Positions 1 through 15,400 of a DNA stretch of 64,000 nucleotides are shown here, piece after piece. The translations under genes and the position numbers were made by a program. Each line of letters starts with the position of its first letter. The stretch's first letter is position 1. The stretch lies in the NCBI RefSeq assembly GCF_006345805.1, contig NC_043007.1:62558001-62622000 (forward strand), written 5' to 3'. The notes under the pieces are model-generated. The model was not told the DNA's origin, ran no database searches, and saw nothing but the letters and a program-made list of their open reading frames with translations. The DNA comes from Octopus sinensis (taxonomy: Eukaryota).

Positions 1-860
1 ATTTTACCCAACACATTTAACAATTCTGCCAGTTCACCAGATAATAATAATAATAAAAATAATAATAATCCTTTCTACTATAGGCAAAAGGGACTGAAAT
101 TTGGGGAAGAGGGACAGTCAATTACATTGACCCCAGTGTTTCACCAGTACTTAATTTATCGACTCTGAAAGGATGAAAGGCAAAGTTGACCTTGGCAGAA
201 TTTAAACTCAGAACATGAAGACATATGAAATACTGCTAAGCATTTCGTCCAGCATGCTAACGATTCTGCCAGCACACCGCCTTAATAATAATAATAATTA
301 TGATGGTTTCAAATTTTGGTACAAGGCCAGCAATGTCGAGGAGTGGGGAGTAAGTCGATTACATCGATCCTAGTGTTCAACTGGTACTTATTTTATCGAC
401 CCTGAAAGGATGGAAGGCAAAGTCAACTTCAGGGAATTTCAACTCAGAATGTAAAGACGGGTGAAATGTCACCAGCGTGTTAATGATTCTGCTAGCTCAC
501 CACCTTAATGATAATAATAATAAGAAGAATAATCAGAATAATCAGGAAGGTATTAGATAGCATGGTACTGTAGGCTGCAGGTAGCAAGCCCACTATTTAT
601 GTAAGACTCCAGGAGCTCCAACAAAGCTTATGATAAAGAGAAATAATAATAATAATTTCTTTCTAATCTTAGCATAAGGCTGATAATTTTAAGGGGGTGG
701 GGAGAGCTGATTACATTGAACCCCCCCGTACTTGACTGGTACTTATTTTATCAATTCTGAAAGGTTGAAAGGCAAAGTTAACCTTAGTGGGATTTGAACT
801 CAGTACATAATGCACTGGAAAGAAATGCTGCTAGGCATTTTGTCCAATGTGCTACATTAC
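1..860 (-). mobile_element. Head-to-tail cluster of about 4 Meta-domain-like SINE copies separated by (TAA)n
   Basis: Repeated gaaaggatgaaaggcaaagt core; further copies near 3040-3260, 8595-8790, 13510-13880, 38590-38740, 46830-47035, 53925-54260. Confidence 0.75.
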
Positions 861-1467
861 CATCATCATTTTCAATAGCCAATTTGCAACGTGTTGTTAG
901 TTTCATAGTTATCTTCAGTAACTTTTTAAAAATACTTTTTATCACATAAAAATGTCCCGAGGTTATCAAACAAATGTATCAAGGAACTAAACCACAAAAG
1001 AGAAACAAAAAAAAAAAACAATTTTAAAAATATTTGTGGTAAGAGAGAGAGTTCCAGAGCAGCATTTCATTATTGAACATTTTCCCAGCATAAAAGTTAC
1101 ATATTGTGTCCATACTGCATTTATGTGTGTGTGTAAGAGAGAAAATGAGACAGAAAGAGAGAGAACAAAGCAGAGATATAGTCAGAGAAAGAGAGACTTT
1201 ATATATATATTATTTCTCCAGAATATATTAATATTGCTTCAAATATAATTTGGAGCAAACCACAAAGAAAAGAAAAACCACAGGTTGCAGTAGAGACATC
1301 ACTATCACTGCCATTAAAAAGCATCACTTTCTTCTTCTATTCCAGCTTATTTGTGGAAAAAAAAAACAAAAAAAAACATCCATTTTGTAACCCTCATTTT
1401 GTTTGTTTTCTTTTATACAAATATTTACAAACACCAGTTGAAACACAACTGAAAAGTGTCAGTTATT

Positions 1468-1545
1468 TTAATTTGGAAAGTTGGAATTATGGATCTCTGG
1501 TTTATATGTCAGCAGAACCACCATTACCCATAGGTGTAATAAGGC
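1468..1545 (-). CDS. GOLGA5: GOLGA5 last coding exon ([25 protein letters not shown])
   Basis: tttcag acceptor, TAA at 1470-1468; second half of the transmembrane anchor. Confidence 0.95.
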   Translation of the reverse strand, partial: ALLHLWVMVVLLTYKPEIHNSNFPN

Positions 1546-4500
1546 CTGAAAAAAATAAAAATAAAATGAAAAATAAATAAGGAGTTTAAGAATATTTTTC
1601 AAAACAAAACAAAAATAGGAAAAGAAAATATTTGAAATTGAAAGTCAAAATTAAGATTCTTTTTGCTTTTTATTTTCTACAATTTAGTCCTTTTTTTTTA
1701 ATTTCGAAGCCATGTGCTACTGGAACTTGTTCAGCTCTTGATCATATCTACCATCACTTTAACCCAGTTTTCTATCTTTGTCTCTTCTGTCTTTGTCATG
1801 CAATTCTTTTCTTGCAAATTACCTCTACTCCTCTAAAGTTGATGACTTTAAACGACTGATGCTTACAGCTCCTTAGTACACTAAACTCTCCTTTCTCATT
1901 CATCTCGCTTATTTCATAGACCCCATGCTAAACATCGAAACCAATCCTTATTTAACCCTTTAACATTTAAACCAGCTAAATCAGACCCAAATATTCTACC
2001 TTGTTTTATGTTCAAACTGGCCAGATCCAGTCCCTCACATGACCTAACAATGTCATTCTAAAAATAAACAATCACATCATCAAAATCTCAAAGCTATCAG
2101 ATAATACATGATTAATTCAAAAAAATGTGAATAAACATGCATGCATGTTTGTATGTACATACGCATGTTTATATAATTTATGTATGTACATGTGTGTATG
2201 TATGCATGCATGTTTGTAGTATATATGTACATATGGGTGTGTGCATATGTATGTATGTACGTACATATGTGCATGTGCATGTCTTTCTGTCTTCTTGCCT
2301 TAACATAATGTGATAGCTGTCACTGTCATGCAAGTGGTCTGGTAAAGGGAAAGTATTGACTTACATGGAAACAGGTGAGGGTTAATGACAGAAGGGGCTG
2401 TACAAAATATGCTACAACAAAACTCCATCCAACCCATGCAAGCTAGAAAAGTGGACATAAAAATGATGATGATGATGATGATGACATCTCTCAGTAAGTC
2501 CCTTACCAGCCATATTTCCAGAAGTCTCTAACAACAATTTTGTAACAATTCAAATTTTATGTTAACCACACTAAACCCTTCTGTATAGGATACATAAAAG
2601 ACTGTTGGTATAGTTCCAGTTACTCAGAAAAATGGAGTAAAATTCAGAAGAAATCACTTACCATGTAAACTATCACAAATACTCGTGCAATGGGGTATCT
2701 GCGTAGAAAAACTCCTAATCTTACACTGGAAGCATGAAAGAAGAAAAAATGTAGAATAGGCATTTGCCAAAATGTTTAACGATAAATCCATTGTATTTTC
2801 TTTTCAATTTCATAGCAAATTATAAATAAAATACATAAAAATCTTCCTAAGCATAGAGAGATGGGAGGAATGAAATTATGTGATGCAATATGTACATCTC
2901 AAAAACCATGGAGATATATGCCAAGTGCCTAATTAGCAAAACCAGATCATAGAGTTATTGTTTAAACAGATTACAAAGAAAGAAATTCTAAATAACTATA
3001 TTTATAATTTCTTTCTATATAAATAGCATTCAATATAATGATGTGGCAAGCTGGCAGAATTGTTAACATGCCAAGTGAAATGCTTAGTGGCATTTTGTCT
3101 GTCTCTACATTCTGAGTTCAAATTTTGCTAAGGTAGACTTTGCCTCTTGTCCTTTTGGGGTCAATAGAATAAGTCCCAGTTGAATATTAGGGTCAATGTA
3201 ACTGACTTACCACTTTCCCCCAAAATTGCTGGCCTTGTGCCAAAATTTGAAACCAACATAATGATATTTTATATATGTTTTAAAAATGGTATAGTGTGTA
3301 AAAGTGTGTGTGTGTGTATGCATGCATAGATGCACATATTCCTCCCCTCTTCAAAAATAGATAAATTAAGGATGATGTATTTTGCTGAGATTTTAATTCT
3401 ACAGAATTATAATTCAACGTAATTATCAAGCCACAGTATCTGTGGATAGCATTTACTTCATCAATGTTTAATGACCCACCATATTTTCCTTTTTATCAGA
3501 AATATTTTAATGAAACAAAAAAGAAATGGTCAAGTATTGTTTAGTCCTGAATCAGACCTGAAAAGAGCTATGGTCAAAAGCATTCTAGCCATGACCATCC
3601 TGCCTATTTAGACATTTTATCTCAGACTACATCATACAATATGGTCTTTCATCACTTGAAGGATGATGGCGTGAGAGAGATTTGGCTACTATTTCAAGCA
3701 AATTCAAGGACTACATAAAATTCAATTACTGGCTTGTTAGCATTTTAATGATAGGAATTAAATCTGAATCACCAGGATGAAAGCTAGAAATCATAACTTC
3801 TAGACTTCAAGGTAGGAAGGGACAACAACATTTTGAAGAAAAAAAAAAACTTACCTAAATTTATCAATGGTATTTGCAGCTCGCTTCATACGACGCGTCA
3901 TTTCATGGTCTGTGGCAGCCTCCCTTAAAAACAATGGCAGTCTCTGTCGAACTACAATAAAATGAAAACATGGTCATTATCCATGGAAATGATAACAAAA
4001 TGTGTAACAGTAATTGGATGAGATAAATCTTTCTCTGGATAAGCTATCAATCAATCAAAAAACAAAAATTTCCCCAGAAGTTCTTATATATTGGGTCAAC
4101 CCATAAATAATGCAGTTTTTCAACTGCATGACCTAAAAGTCAGAGGGGTAAGGGATAAATTACTTGCACCAACTTACTATAAAAGCAGGTAGTAATTTTA
4201 CTTTGTCCTTATTCTTAGTGCAAGTTTTAAAGAGTGCAGTTCAATTTTAACAGTTGTTTTTTCAAAGCTATAATGTAAGTGACAAAGGAGCATATTTGGC
4301 ACATTTTGCTTTATGAGTTCAATAAAGGCAACAACACAATGGAAAGTGTGAGGAATATTAATGAGGATTGGACAATAAATGTAAGCCAGTGTCAATGGTA
4401 GCTCCAGAAATTCCTAGCTGGAAACTACAGCCTAGAAGATGAGCCTCATCCTGGAGGATCTGTAGAGCTCGACAAGAACATCCTGCAAAGCCTGGTGGAA

Positions 4501-6385
4501 AAAATCCCATCATAACTGTTGAGGAACTAGCAGAGAAGCTTGAATTTGGTTATTCAATCATTTGTCAACACCTGCATGCCATCAGAAAAGTCAGCAAATT
4601 AGATCAATGGATTCCTCACAAACGTTCTGAGTCTAATCACATGCAGGGAGTGAATGTGTGCTTTTTTTGTGTCACGTCTCATGAATGAACCTGTTTTGGA
4701 CTGAATAGTGACTGGTGACACGAAATGGGTTCCCTATAAAAATGTCAAGCACTGAAGACAGTGAGTAAGGAAAGAAGAAACATTGGCACCCCAGGATAAA
4801 GAAGTCTTCACCCACGTAACGTGTTGTTATCTGTTTGGTGGGATATGAAAGATTTAGTCTACTTTGAACTCAAACCAAATAACAAAGGAGATTTACTATG
4901 AGCAGCTTAAGTCAGTGTTAGAAGAAAAATGACCATCTTTGGTTTCAATACAAAAGGTGTTCTTCCAATGGATGCTGCTTGACTGCATACAGCAAGGATG
5001 ACATTCCAAAGGTTTGGAGCAGTTTGAATGGGAAACAATACCCCACCCACCATATTCGCCAGACATTGCCCCATCTGATTATCATTTATTCTGCAATCAT
5101 TTGGATGTAAAAAATATGAATTCTGTAGACGAGGTCAGAACAGTAGTGGAGGAGTATTTTCTATCACAGACAAGTGAATTTTGGAAGAGGAGCCTAGCAA
5201 GTCTACTAGATAGATGGAAGAGCATTGTAGAAAATGAAGGAGAGTATATTTTAGATTAAAAAGAGAACATCGTTTATTTTAATTTTGAAAAATAAAAGAA
5301 GTATAAGAAAACCACATTATTTATGAGATGACCCAATATATTCTAAATAGCGTCCTGCTTTGGGACAACAAAACACCAACAAATGGTATGGTAGTAAGGT
5401 CCTACGATGTTACTGATTATCCATATAATTGCAGGATATATATGTATATATATATATCCAACCAACCCAGCAAAATCCTAGAAGATAATGAGCTAGAGAT
5501 AACTTTATTTCAAATTAGCTAATGATGACTGAAAATATCCCAAGTTGAATCATAGTAAAATTGGACTAACAAAGTCTCGGTCTTGAAACAAAAGGGAATT
5601 TTGGTCAAATTTTATCTTATTTCCTTACTTTAATATTTAGTTATGCAAATTCAAAAAGTTTCTTTGATATTCTCATTAAGAAAAGTTATTTCTATCATCT
5701 AAGATAAACCAATAGGTATTTTTTGTTGTCTCCAAATCCATGAACAAAATTAAATCATGGTTCAGCTAACTATTAAAGCTCAGTGCTTCTCTCATCACTG
5801 CTGTCACTGTGCACTTCTCCTCCATGTTAGCTAATAGGTATGCTGAGTGACTGAGATTTTAAGTCTCCCTGCCTGAAATAAGATATGAAGCAATGATCTT
5901 TAGCCAGTAAGCTGTAGGTCTATTGATTTAAATGGTTGTGACTCACAGGAAGAATTTTATTTTAAATACTCACCATCTTCATTTTCATTGACAGATATTC
6001 CAGTGGAAGTGGTACGTCCTATAGACATCTGGACATCTTTATATTGTTGCTGTCAAAAAGAAGTAAAGTGGTATTTGAAACACACAATTCAGGGAGGTAA
6101 AGGAGGCGAGATGTAATTGAATTTTTAAACCCAGCTGTCAGCATTGAATTTATGTCATCATATAAGTAATTGATACCACTACACTTATCTCAATCAATAG
6201 TTTTAATGTCACAGGTCTAACCTTCAAGCTAAGCTATATTTGTTAGCAAAAACAGGCTTCCAATCATTTAATAATATTTAATATACTTGTTCAAATACTG
6301 ACACCTAAATTTGTACAACTACACAAGGTATGAGTAGAAAACTACAATCTGAAATATACACTCTCTGTATGAATAAATATATATA

Positions 6386-6468
<83 letters not shown>

Positions 6469-9400
6469 TTTACATAACCATACACACACAAACTGAGCAT
6501 AGACTTAAACACATGTATGGAAATATAAAAACACAAATATATTTTCTGGGGTCTTTTCTATCCAAAACACTTAAACTTTATATATTCTCTCTTCTTGAAG
6601 ACTACAAGTTCCAAAGATGTCACTTTAAATTCTTAAGTAAAGTATCTTATTCTCCTAAGGGACTTTTCTAAAGAAAGTTATACAGATATCTGCCCTGCAA
6701 TGTTAGTACGAGATGGTATCAAAAAGTTCCTGGACTAGTTATGTAGTGCGCCAAAAGATAGCAGCACATGGTTGCATGCACAGTGAGAGCTAGCAGTAAC
6801 CTTCATGAAGCAGTGTGCTGAGTGACATCATTGTGCTTACTTCACAAGTTGTGAAATTTGTGTTTTTGTGATCACATGTATGCTGTAGTCTGCGATTTTG
6901 TCATGGACAGGAAGTTAGAACAAAGAGCCAATGTGAAATTTAGTTTTAAACTTCAGAAGTCTACTACAGAGACATTAAGCAAGCTTACAGCAATGAGTCA
7001 ATGGATCGTACACAATGTTTCAAGGGGCATAAGTGCCTCAAAAGTGGAAGAACATCCCTGGAAGACAATAAGCAATCTAGAAGACCTGCCACATGTGTCA
7101 CCCATGGAAATGTGGAGAAAATTTAGCTTGTGCATGAGGATTGTCAGAAGACAATCAATGACACTGCTGATACTGTTGATTTATTATATGGGTCCATGCA
7201 GGCAATCCTAATGTCTGAATTTAACATGCGGCATGGCTCTGCCAAGTTTGTCCCCTGCCTGCTAAGTAATGAACCGAAAGAACAACACATTGAAGTTTGT
7301 CAAAATCTCCATCAGCATGCCACTAATGACCCATCCTTCATATCACAGATCACCACTGGTGACGAATTGAGTCCACAGGTACGACCTTGAGACAAAGCAG
7401 CAGTTGTCACAAAGGAAGAGCCCTTCATTTCCACAACTGAAGAAGGCATGACAGAACCGCAGCTCAATAAAGAGCATGCACATTGTTTCTTCGAAATCTG
7501 TGGTGTTGTACATCAAGAATTCGTCCCCTAAGAGTTAATCAAGAGTCCTACTGCAACATTTTGAAGCATTTGAGGCAGGATATTTGGCAAAAGCAACCAG
7601 ATCTGTGGAGCGTGAAGTATTCGATTCTTCATGACAACAGACTGTCCCCTAGCTCTCTTCAGTTGTGAGTTACTCAACAAAAACATTGTAATGCTTCCGC
7701 ACCCGCCCTATTTACCAGATTTAGCACCTGCAGACTTCCATCCCTTCCCCAAGATGAAAAGACTGTTGTTGCAATCCAGAGCAAATCACAGAAGGTCCTT
7801 TACTGCCTTCCAGGTTGGATTTCGAAAGTGGCAGGAATGCTGGGACTCGTGTATTGCTGTGCAAGGTGACTATTTCAAAGGAGATCATGTTAAAACTTAG
7901 ATAAATAAGTTATTTTTTATTAAACATAACTAGTCTGGGAACGTTTTGATACCACCTCGTATTATTTTACTGAATTTCAGAGAAATAAGACAAAATTGAA
8001 TATATTATACTGACAAGCTAAAGGGATCAACATTTAAAATTTTTACTTCATGGTTAAACAAGAAGCCATTCCTTCAAAGATATTTATCTCAAAAAATCAC
8101 ACAGAATGAGACACAAAAAGGATAAAACTGATAATGAGGTAATTTATGGTGAATAGCAAACTTAGTTTTGTTACAGATGAGATTTTCTGTAGTAAAAACC
8201 AGAACTGTAATAATTAATATGTCATACCTCAAGCCTTTCCAGTTGAAGAGACAGTGAGTTTTTTTCTGTGCTTATGGCTTCCAGAACAGTCTGTTTCTGA
8301 ATGAGACTTTCTGTGAGTGTGCGTACTCTGGACTCCAATTCATCCTCTGTATTTGAATGTAGGCTTTTTGTCATTAACTATAAAATAAAGATTTAAAAAA
8401 ATTTATTTTGGGGAAGTAAAAAAAAACAACAAAGATTCAAAATGTGCATTTTTGATAATTATTTCTTACAAATATCAAGGTTTTTGATAAACAACAGAGA
8501 AATGGGAGGTTTCACAAGGACATTAGTGACAAATAAATTGGCTTCAACAAGATATTGAAACTAGTTTTTGGACACTGTTTCAATTAAGAATATTGATTTC
8601 AAACTTTGGCACAAGGCCAGTAATTTTGGGGGAGTGGATAAGTTGATTACATTAATCCCAGTGTTCAACTGGTACTTATTTTATCAACCCCAAAAGGATG
8701 AAAGGCAAAGTCAACACCAGATTGTAAAGTCAGAAGAAATGCTGTGAAGCATTTTTCTGGGTGTGGTAATGCTTTTTTGCCAGCTTGCCATTTTAATTTC
8801 AGTTAAGAATATTGATTTCTAATAAAGCAAAAAGTTGTTTTTTTAAAATTAAACTCAATGAACTTCAGTGGAATAAAAGGCAAAGTTTATCCTATCAGGA
8901 ATTAAAATGAAACTAAGACAAATGAGACTAAATTATATTTAATGCAAAAATATCAAAATAAAATAAATTATATTGCAGAAAAAATAGAAAAGCAAACTTA
9001 AGCTCCAAAAGTCTCTACTAACATTTCTGAATAAAATAGGAAATATCAAATTTATTTTTCAGTACAAGTGAACCATTTTATTGAAAGAGAATGTTAGAGT
9101 CAACTAACATTACAGAAATGAATAGCAAAACTGACATGGACAGAATTTGAACTTAAAAACACAAAGAATGAAACTAGATACCAGCAAAACATCTAGTTAG
9201 GAACTTTGCCAATTTTTACTATGCAAAAGACTACACTGAATTTTCAGTTGATCTTTCTAAGATGACAAGATGAATCTATCACCTAACCTATGCTAGTAAA
9301 AAGACAAAACTGATCACTTCAAGAATACTTTTGAGATACTATCTTGTATCCCATACTATTTCAAATCCATACTGAGATTCAGATTTTATTATCAATTTAA

Positions 9401-12400
9401 AAAAATTATTACTCTTTTTTTATCTCTTAAAAATAGTTCCATCATCTTCAGTGAAGAAACATTCACAAGTCATCATTTCTAAAAAAGTTAATGAGATCTT
9501 ATTTTTGCTTTATCTTACCTGATTTTTCAAGTTATCGACTTCCTCATCTCTTTCTTTGAGTTTGCTATGGAACAGTGCCTTCTGCTTATGGAGCTCTTCC
9601 AAGGTATAGTGTAGTTCCTGGATTGGCAAAATAAAATGGTTACTGAGATAGATATAGAGCCCCATAATTATATGGAAAAAGAAGAAAATATGGAAGTTAT
9701 AGTGTTCATGACTTTTCCCAAAATACATAACACTAAAATAGTAAAAAAAGAAAAAGAAAATTCCAGAGAAGTCAACTGTTAAAATATAAAGTAACAAGGG
9801 ACAGGGAAATAAAGACAAAAATATGAAAAAAATAGATAAACAAGTGCTACAGACACTCCGTTGTTTATGACAAGTGTTCTAGTTGTTCCAATTAACAGAA
9901 CAGCCTGCTCATGAAATTACACCACTAGGAATCGAACTTGTGACCTTACAATCATGACTAAATTCTTCAAACCATTAAGCCATGTGCCTCCACTAGATAA
10001 ACAAGTAAACCAAAAACAAAACAAGGATTCTAATTTGCTCACCTTCTTTTGTTTCAACAAATCTTGTTCAGTTTCCTCTTTGATGCGTCGTTCATCAACC
10101 AGTTGGTCCTGCAACAAGTCTATTTCTTCCCGATGAGATTCCCGATCCAAATGTAGTTGAGATTCAATATCCTTCAACAAAAGTTAAGGCAAAAAGTTAG
10201 CTTTTCTAACAGTATTATTTCCAAGGAACACACAAAACCTGAGATAGGAGTTATATCTTTCAGATGGCATAAAGTGATGTTAGATAATAATTAGTATTTA
10301 CCTTGAAAAGATGAAATTGTGTTTTGGATGATACATTTTTATAGAAATTTAAGAACAGAGAACAAAGTTGCAAAATGAGGCTGGTAGACCTCAAAAGAGG
10401 ATAACTATATAGTTCTTTTAGGAGAGGAAAACATTGATTCTTTTTCTTTTTCTTCCTTTTTGTATTTTATATACATCTGTTAACAACCATCATCTGTTTA
10501 CAAGCAACATAATATTTCCTCATAGCTAGAAATGGAAGACTGGAGATGAAGAACACTATTTGCATAATGGTGGCACTCATTTACAACAACTGCACAGGAC
10601 ACATCCCCACATGCATACAGCAGCCTTTTTTCAGTGTCCAACAACCGAATTCAGTCAAGGCCTTGGTCAATCTGGTGTTTTTGTCAAAGATAGTTGCCTA
10701 CCCGAAACCTTATAGTTGAGAGATGAACTTCTTAACCACACATCCTTAAATTAGATGATTATAAAAACATCAAACAACTAACCTGTAATTCAACTTTAGC
10801 ATTTTCTGAGCTCAACTTAATTTGCTGTAACTCATCTCTGTACATATCTCGTTCACTTCTGACTGAATTAAATTCTTCTGTAGACACCCCTCTGCTGTCA
10901 TCAGATTCATCTGAGCCATTGCGTAAACTGGCAATGAGACGCTCTTTAGACTGTAGGACAGAAATTCAAGTGTTATAGTTTTGGCTAAATTGTAAATACA
11001 TTAAACATGATTTTAGATAAATATAAATACAGTTTGCATATACACTTTCTCAAATACAAAATTAAGAGCTTGAAATATATATTAAGCATACATGTAGTAC
11101 AGTTAAATAGGAAGTGCCATCACACAAGTCATGATGGTTCAATATCATTATCGTCATTGTTTAACATCCTTTTTTCCATGCTTGCATAGGCCAGACGAAA
11201 TTTGCTGAGGCAGTTTTTTTTTTCTTGAGACATAAATTCTGGTAACATGCATTGCTTATACACATAGCACAAATTATATAAGGGCATCCAGCTGTAGAAA
11301 CATTGCCAGATCAGACTGGAGCCTGGTGCAGCCCCTGGCTTCCCAGACCCCGGTCGAACCGTCCAACCCGTGCTAGCATGGAAAAAGGACGTTAAACAAT
11401 GATGATGATACACATACATACAATGGGCTTCTTTCAGTTTCCATCTACCAAATCCACTTACAAGGTTTTGGTCAGCTCAGGACTGTAGTAGAAGGTATTT
11501 GCCCAAGGTACCACATGTGGGGCAAAACTCAAGACCACATGGTTGCGAAGCAAACTTCTCACCTACAACTTTAATTTACATTATTTGCATTTGACAGATA
11601 TTTGTCCTCATCTTGTTTGTTGTTAACACAATGTTTTGGCTGATGTACCCTTCAGCCTTCATCAGGTGTCTTGGGGAAATTTTGAACCTGGGTTCTCATT
11701 CCTAAGGTATTTTTCGATGTTATTAACCCAGGTTCGAAATTTCCCCATGACACCTGATGAAGGCTGGAGGGTATATCAGCCGAAAAGTTGTGTTAACAAC
11801 AAACAAGATGAGGATAAATATCCATCAAATTTAAATAATGTACATAATTCCTCATCTCTTAAATATAGAACAGTGATATTTCATCTCAATGATAAAAATG
11901 TTTTCTTAACAAAGTCAAGTCATAGGAAACAAAACTAAAAATAAAAGTAAGAGGAAGTTAAGGACAGGTGAACGTATATAACTGAAATAATCAGAGATGA
12001 TAGAGACAGGATAGCCAAAGGTTCATTCAGAACTAAAATGGCACTGACCTGAAGAATTCTGGATGCTTTTTCCTTATAGTCAGAAAGTTCTTGCCTGGCC
12101 CCTTCCAAATTCATTTTCACTGTCTTCAATTGTTGTGTGAGGTCAGCTGATTTTCCTACAATTAAAATACGATTTATGTGTATATAATAAGCAAACATTT
12201 ATATACATGTATATTTGTGTATATATATATATAAAAATATATAGGCGCAGATGTAGCTGTGTGGTAAGAAGCTTGCTTCTCAACCAGATGGTTCCAGGTT
12301 CAGTCCCACAGTATGGTACCTTGGGCAAGTGTCTTCTACTATAGCCTCAGGCTGACCAAAGCATTATGAGTAGATTTGGTAGACAGAAACTGAAAGAAAC

Positions 12401-15400
12401 TTGTCATATGTGTGTGTCTGCGTGTGTCTGTGTTTGTCCCCCTACCACCACTTGACAACTGGTGTTGGTGTGTTTACATCCCCATAACTTAGTGGTTCAG
12501 CAATAGATATCAATAGATAAGTCAACGCTTAGGTGCACTGATTTGTCATAAGAAGATATTTCAATATTCCAGAAGGAATCATGCAGCAGAGAATGAAGAC
12601 TGTTTCTTTGAAGAAAGATCACTGCCTTGAAATATTGAATATTTCAGCTTTTCAATGCAAACTTGCACAACTCATTTTATTTTTATTTCACTGCATTGAT
12701 TTTTACCAAAAGAGACCACCAAAAGAATTTTAATAATTACAGCCAAAGAGGTTCTCTTATCAAAGAATAATATGACTAAAACAAGAAAGGAACTGCATCT
12801 CACCAAAGTTCTGTGTTTGTTCAAGGTTAATTCTTTTCTGTTTAAGGATTATCTCTTTGAGTCAGTAGGCTATACTGTCTATTAACCACTCTACCTCAGT
12901 AGACTATAAACTGAAAAAGCTATTAATCTTCATCTTTCAAAGCTAAAATGTATTATTACCTTTATTTAATCTTTTTAACTTCTTGAAACTAGTGGTGAGA
13001 ATGCTTCAGAGAAACCATAATCTTTTTACTTCAGACCGAGACAGGCTAAGAAATTTTTTATTTTTTTGTGCATGCGTGCACCTATCTATCTATATATTAT
13101 CATCATTGTTTTAGCAGCCACTTTTCCATGCTTGCATTAGATCACACGAAATGAATCAAGGCAGATTATTTCCTGATATCTATCTTCAACTGTTTCCCAT
13201 GGATGAATATACTTCCAAAGAAGACTGGAAACACATGTCACCACTTGTATAACATCAGTGCTCATTTACAACTGTCAGGAAAATTCAAGACAGGGACACA
13301 CAAACACATATATTTATATATATATATACACATAAATTCAATACATATACTAAATCTGTTCACAAGGCTTTGGTTAGCCCAGGGCTGGAATATAACACAC
13401 TTATCTAAAATGTCACATAGTGTGAGTGGAACAAAAATACAAAAACCATAGGAAAGGAAACAAATTTTTTAACCCTACAGCTGTAATATATAACTTATTA
13501 AAATTATTTTTCAGTTTTTGGCAGAAGGCCCAGAATTTTTGAGGAAGAGGAAAGTCAACTACATCGACCCTGGTGCTCAACTGATACTTATTTTATCAAC
13601 CCTGAAAGGATGAAAGGCAAAGTCAACCTCAGTGGAATTTGAACTCAAAATAAGGACAAACAAAATGCCACTAAAAATTTTGAACTTATTAGAATATTGA
13701 TTTCAAAATTTGGCATTACGCCAGCAATTTTAGGCTGGAGGTAAGTCAATTACATCAATCCCCATGCTTAATTGGTGCTTATTTTATCAACCCCAAAAGG
13801 ATGAATAGCAAAGACAACTTCAACAGAATTTTAACTCAGAAATGTAAAGTATGGACAAAATGCCACTAAGCATTTTGAACTTATTAAAATACTAATCAAA
13901 GATCTCTACTACCTTTCTCATCATTCATCTTTTTATGACAAACATTCAATTGCTCTGCCAATCCTTGTTGTTCATATTCCAGCCTGCTTTGTCTTTCAGA
14001 AGCCTCAGCCTAAAATATATAATAAATAAACAACAATGAAAAAAATATTAAGGTTCTATTTAAAATTCTTTTTTCATTCAAAAGCCTTTCCAGATCAAAA
14101 ATTACAACAAATAAAAATAATTAACACTAACATTTAAATTATGGTTTAAAGAACGACAGAATTTCTTACCTGTACTTTTTGGTAAGCCTCTCGTTCGCGT
14201 TTTAATGTATCTTCTAATTCAGATAACCTGGTCTTTAATGTTTCTAAAGCCTGATTCTGGACTCCACTGGAAGCTGAATGATCCATCAGAACACTGTATG
14301 AAGATAGGGTTATGCAATATAATAGAGAGTAAACAAATCCATAAATTGTATATCATCATGTTTTAAAATACACTTTTTCATGATTGCAAGGGTCAGGCGG
14401 AATTCACTGAGATACATTTTCCACAGCTGGATGCCACTTCTTTTGCCAAGCTTCATTTGTTTCCAAGCAAGGTAATGATTCCCCCTGGCCAGAAATATTT
14501 CCACGGAAAACTGGTAACGAAAGATTCCACTTGTAAGACAGTGACTCCCATTTACAACTGTCATGTGATGATGACAAGACAAGGAGATACACACATGCAT
14601 GCATGTACGCACACACACACACAACAGGCTTCTTTCTGTCTATCAAACCCACTCAAAAAGCTTTAGATGACCTGGGGCTAAAGTAAAAAGCACTTGCCCA
14701 AGGTTCCACACAGTGAGACTGAACCAAGGGCCATATGGTGATGAAGCAGTAGTTGTCTTGCTCTAATAGTTCAGGAGTTATAATCCTCAGAGAGATTTAT
14801 ATCAATCAGCTTTAATTCAGTCAAAAGCATACATACCTGCCAACCAGTTAGCACATAACTATGTAGATATGGAGAATTAACCATCCAATGGTGCAGATTT
14901 GACAAGAGTACAAGAATAAGTACGTAATACATCATGCAACATGATTTGCATCTAAAAATATTTACTGATTACGACTGAGTGCTGAAGAGGTTTGCTTCCC
15001 AGCCATGGGATTTCAGGTGTGGTTTGGCAACGAGAAGGGCATCCAGCCATTGAAAAATGATTCAACAGATTCTATCTGGCATGGGGGAAGAGAAAGTGGT
15101 GGTAGCAGTAGTAGTGTTTATTATAACTAAATACCGATTGTTTTCTTTCTCCAGTTTTTCTAGCATGCTCTGGCTCCTCCTGAGATCAGAATCAGCTTCT
15201 TCCAGTCGAATTTTCAAGACAGCTAACTGAGAATCTTTGCAGTTAAGTGCTTCTTGTATGTCCATCTCACGAGATTGTAACTCACGCATGATTTGGTCAT
15301 TTTTTGCAGCAAATACAGTGTATTCATTTATCTTCTTTAAAGCAGCTTCCAATTCTGACAAGGAGCAAAATATGTGCTTGTATGTAGATATATATATATC

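Noticed and set aside
9620-9818. Hydrophobic N-terminal part of the 102-aa ORF, and similar extensions of other exon-containing ORFs
   Set aside because: Intronic read-through upstream of the true acceptors.
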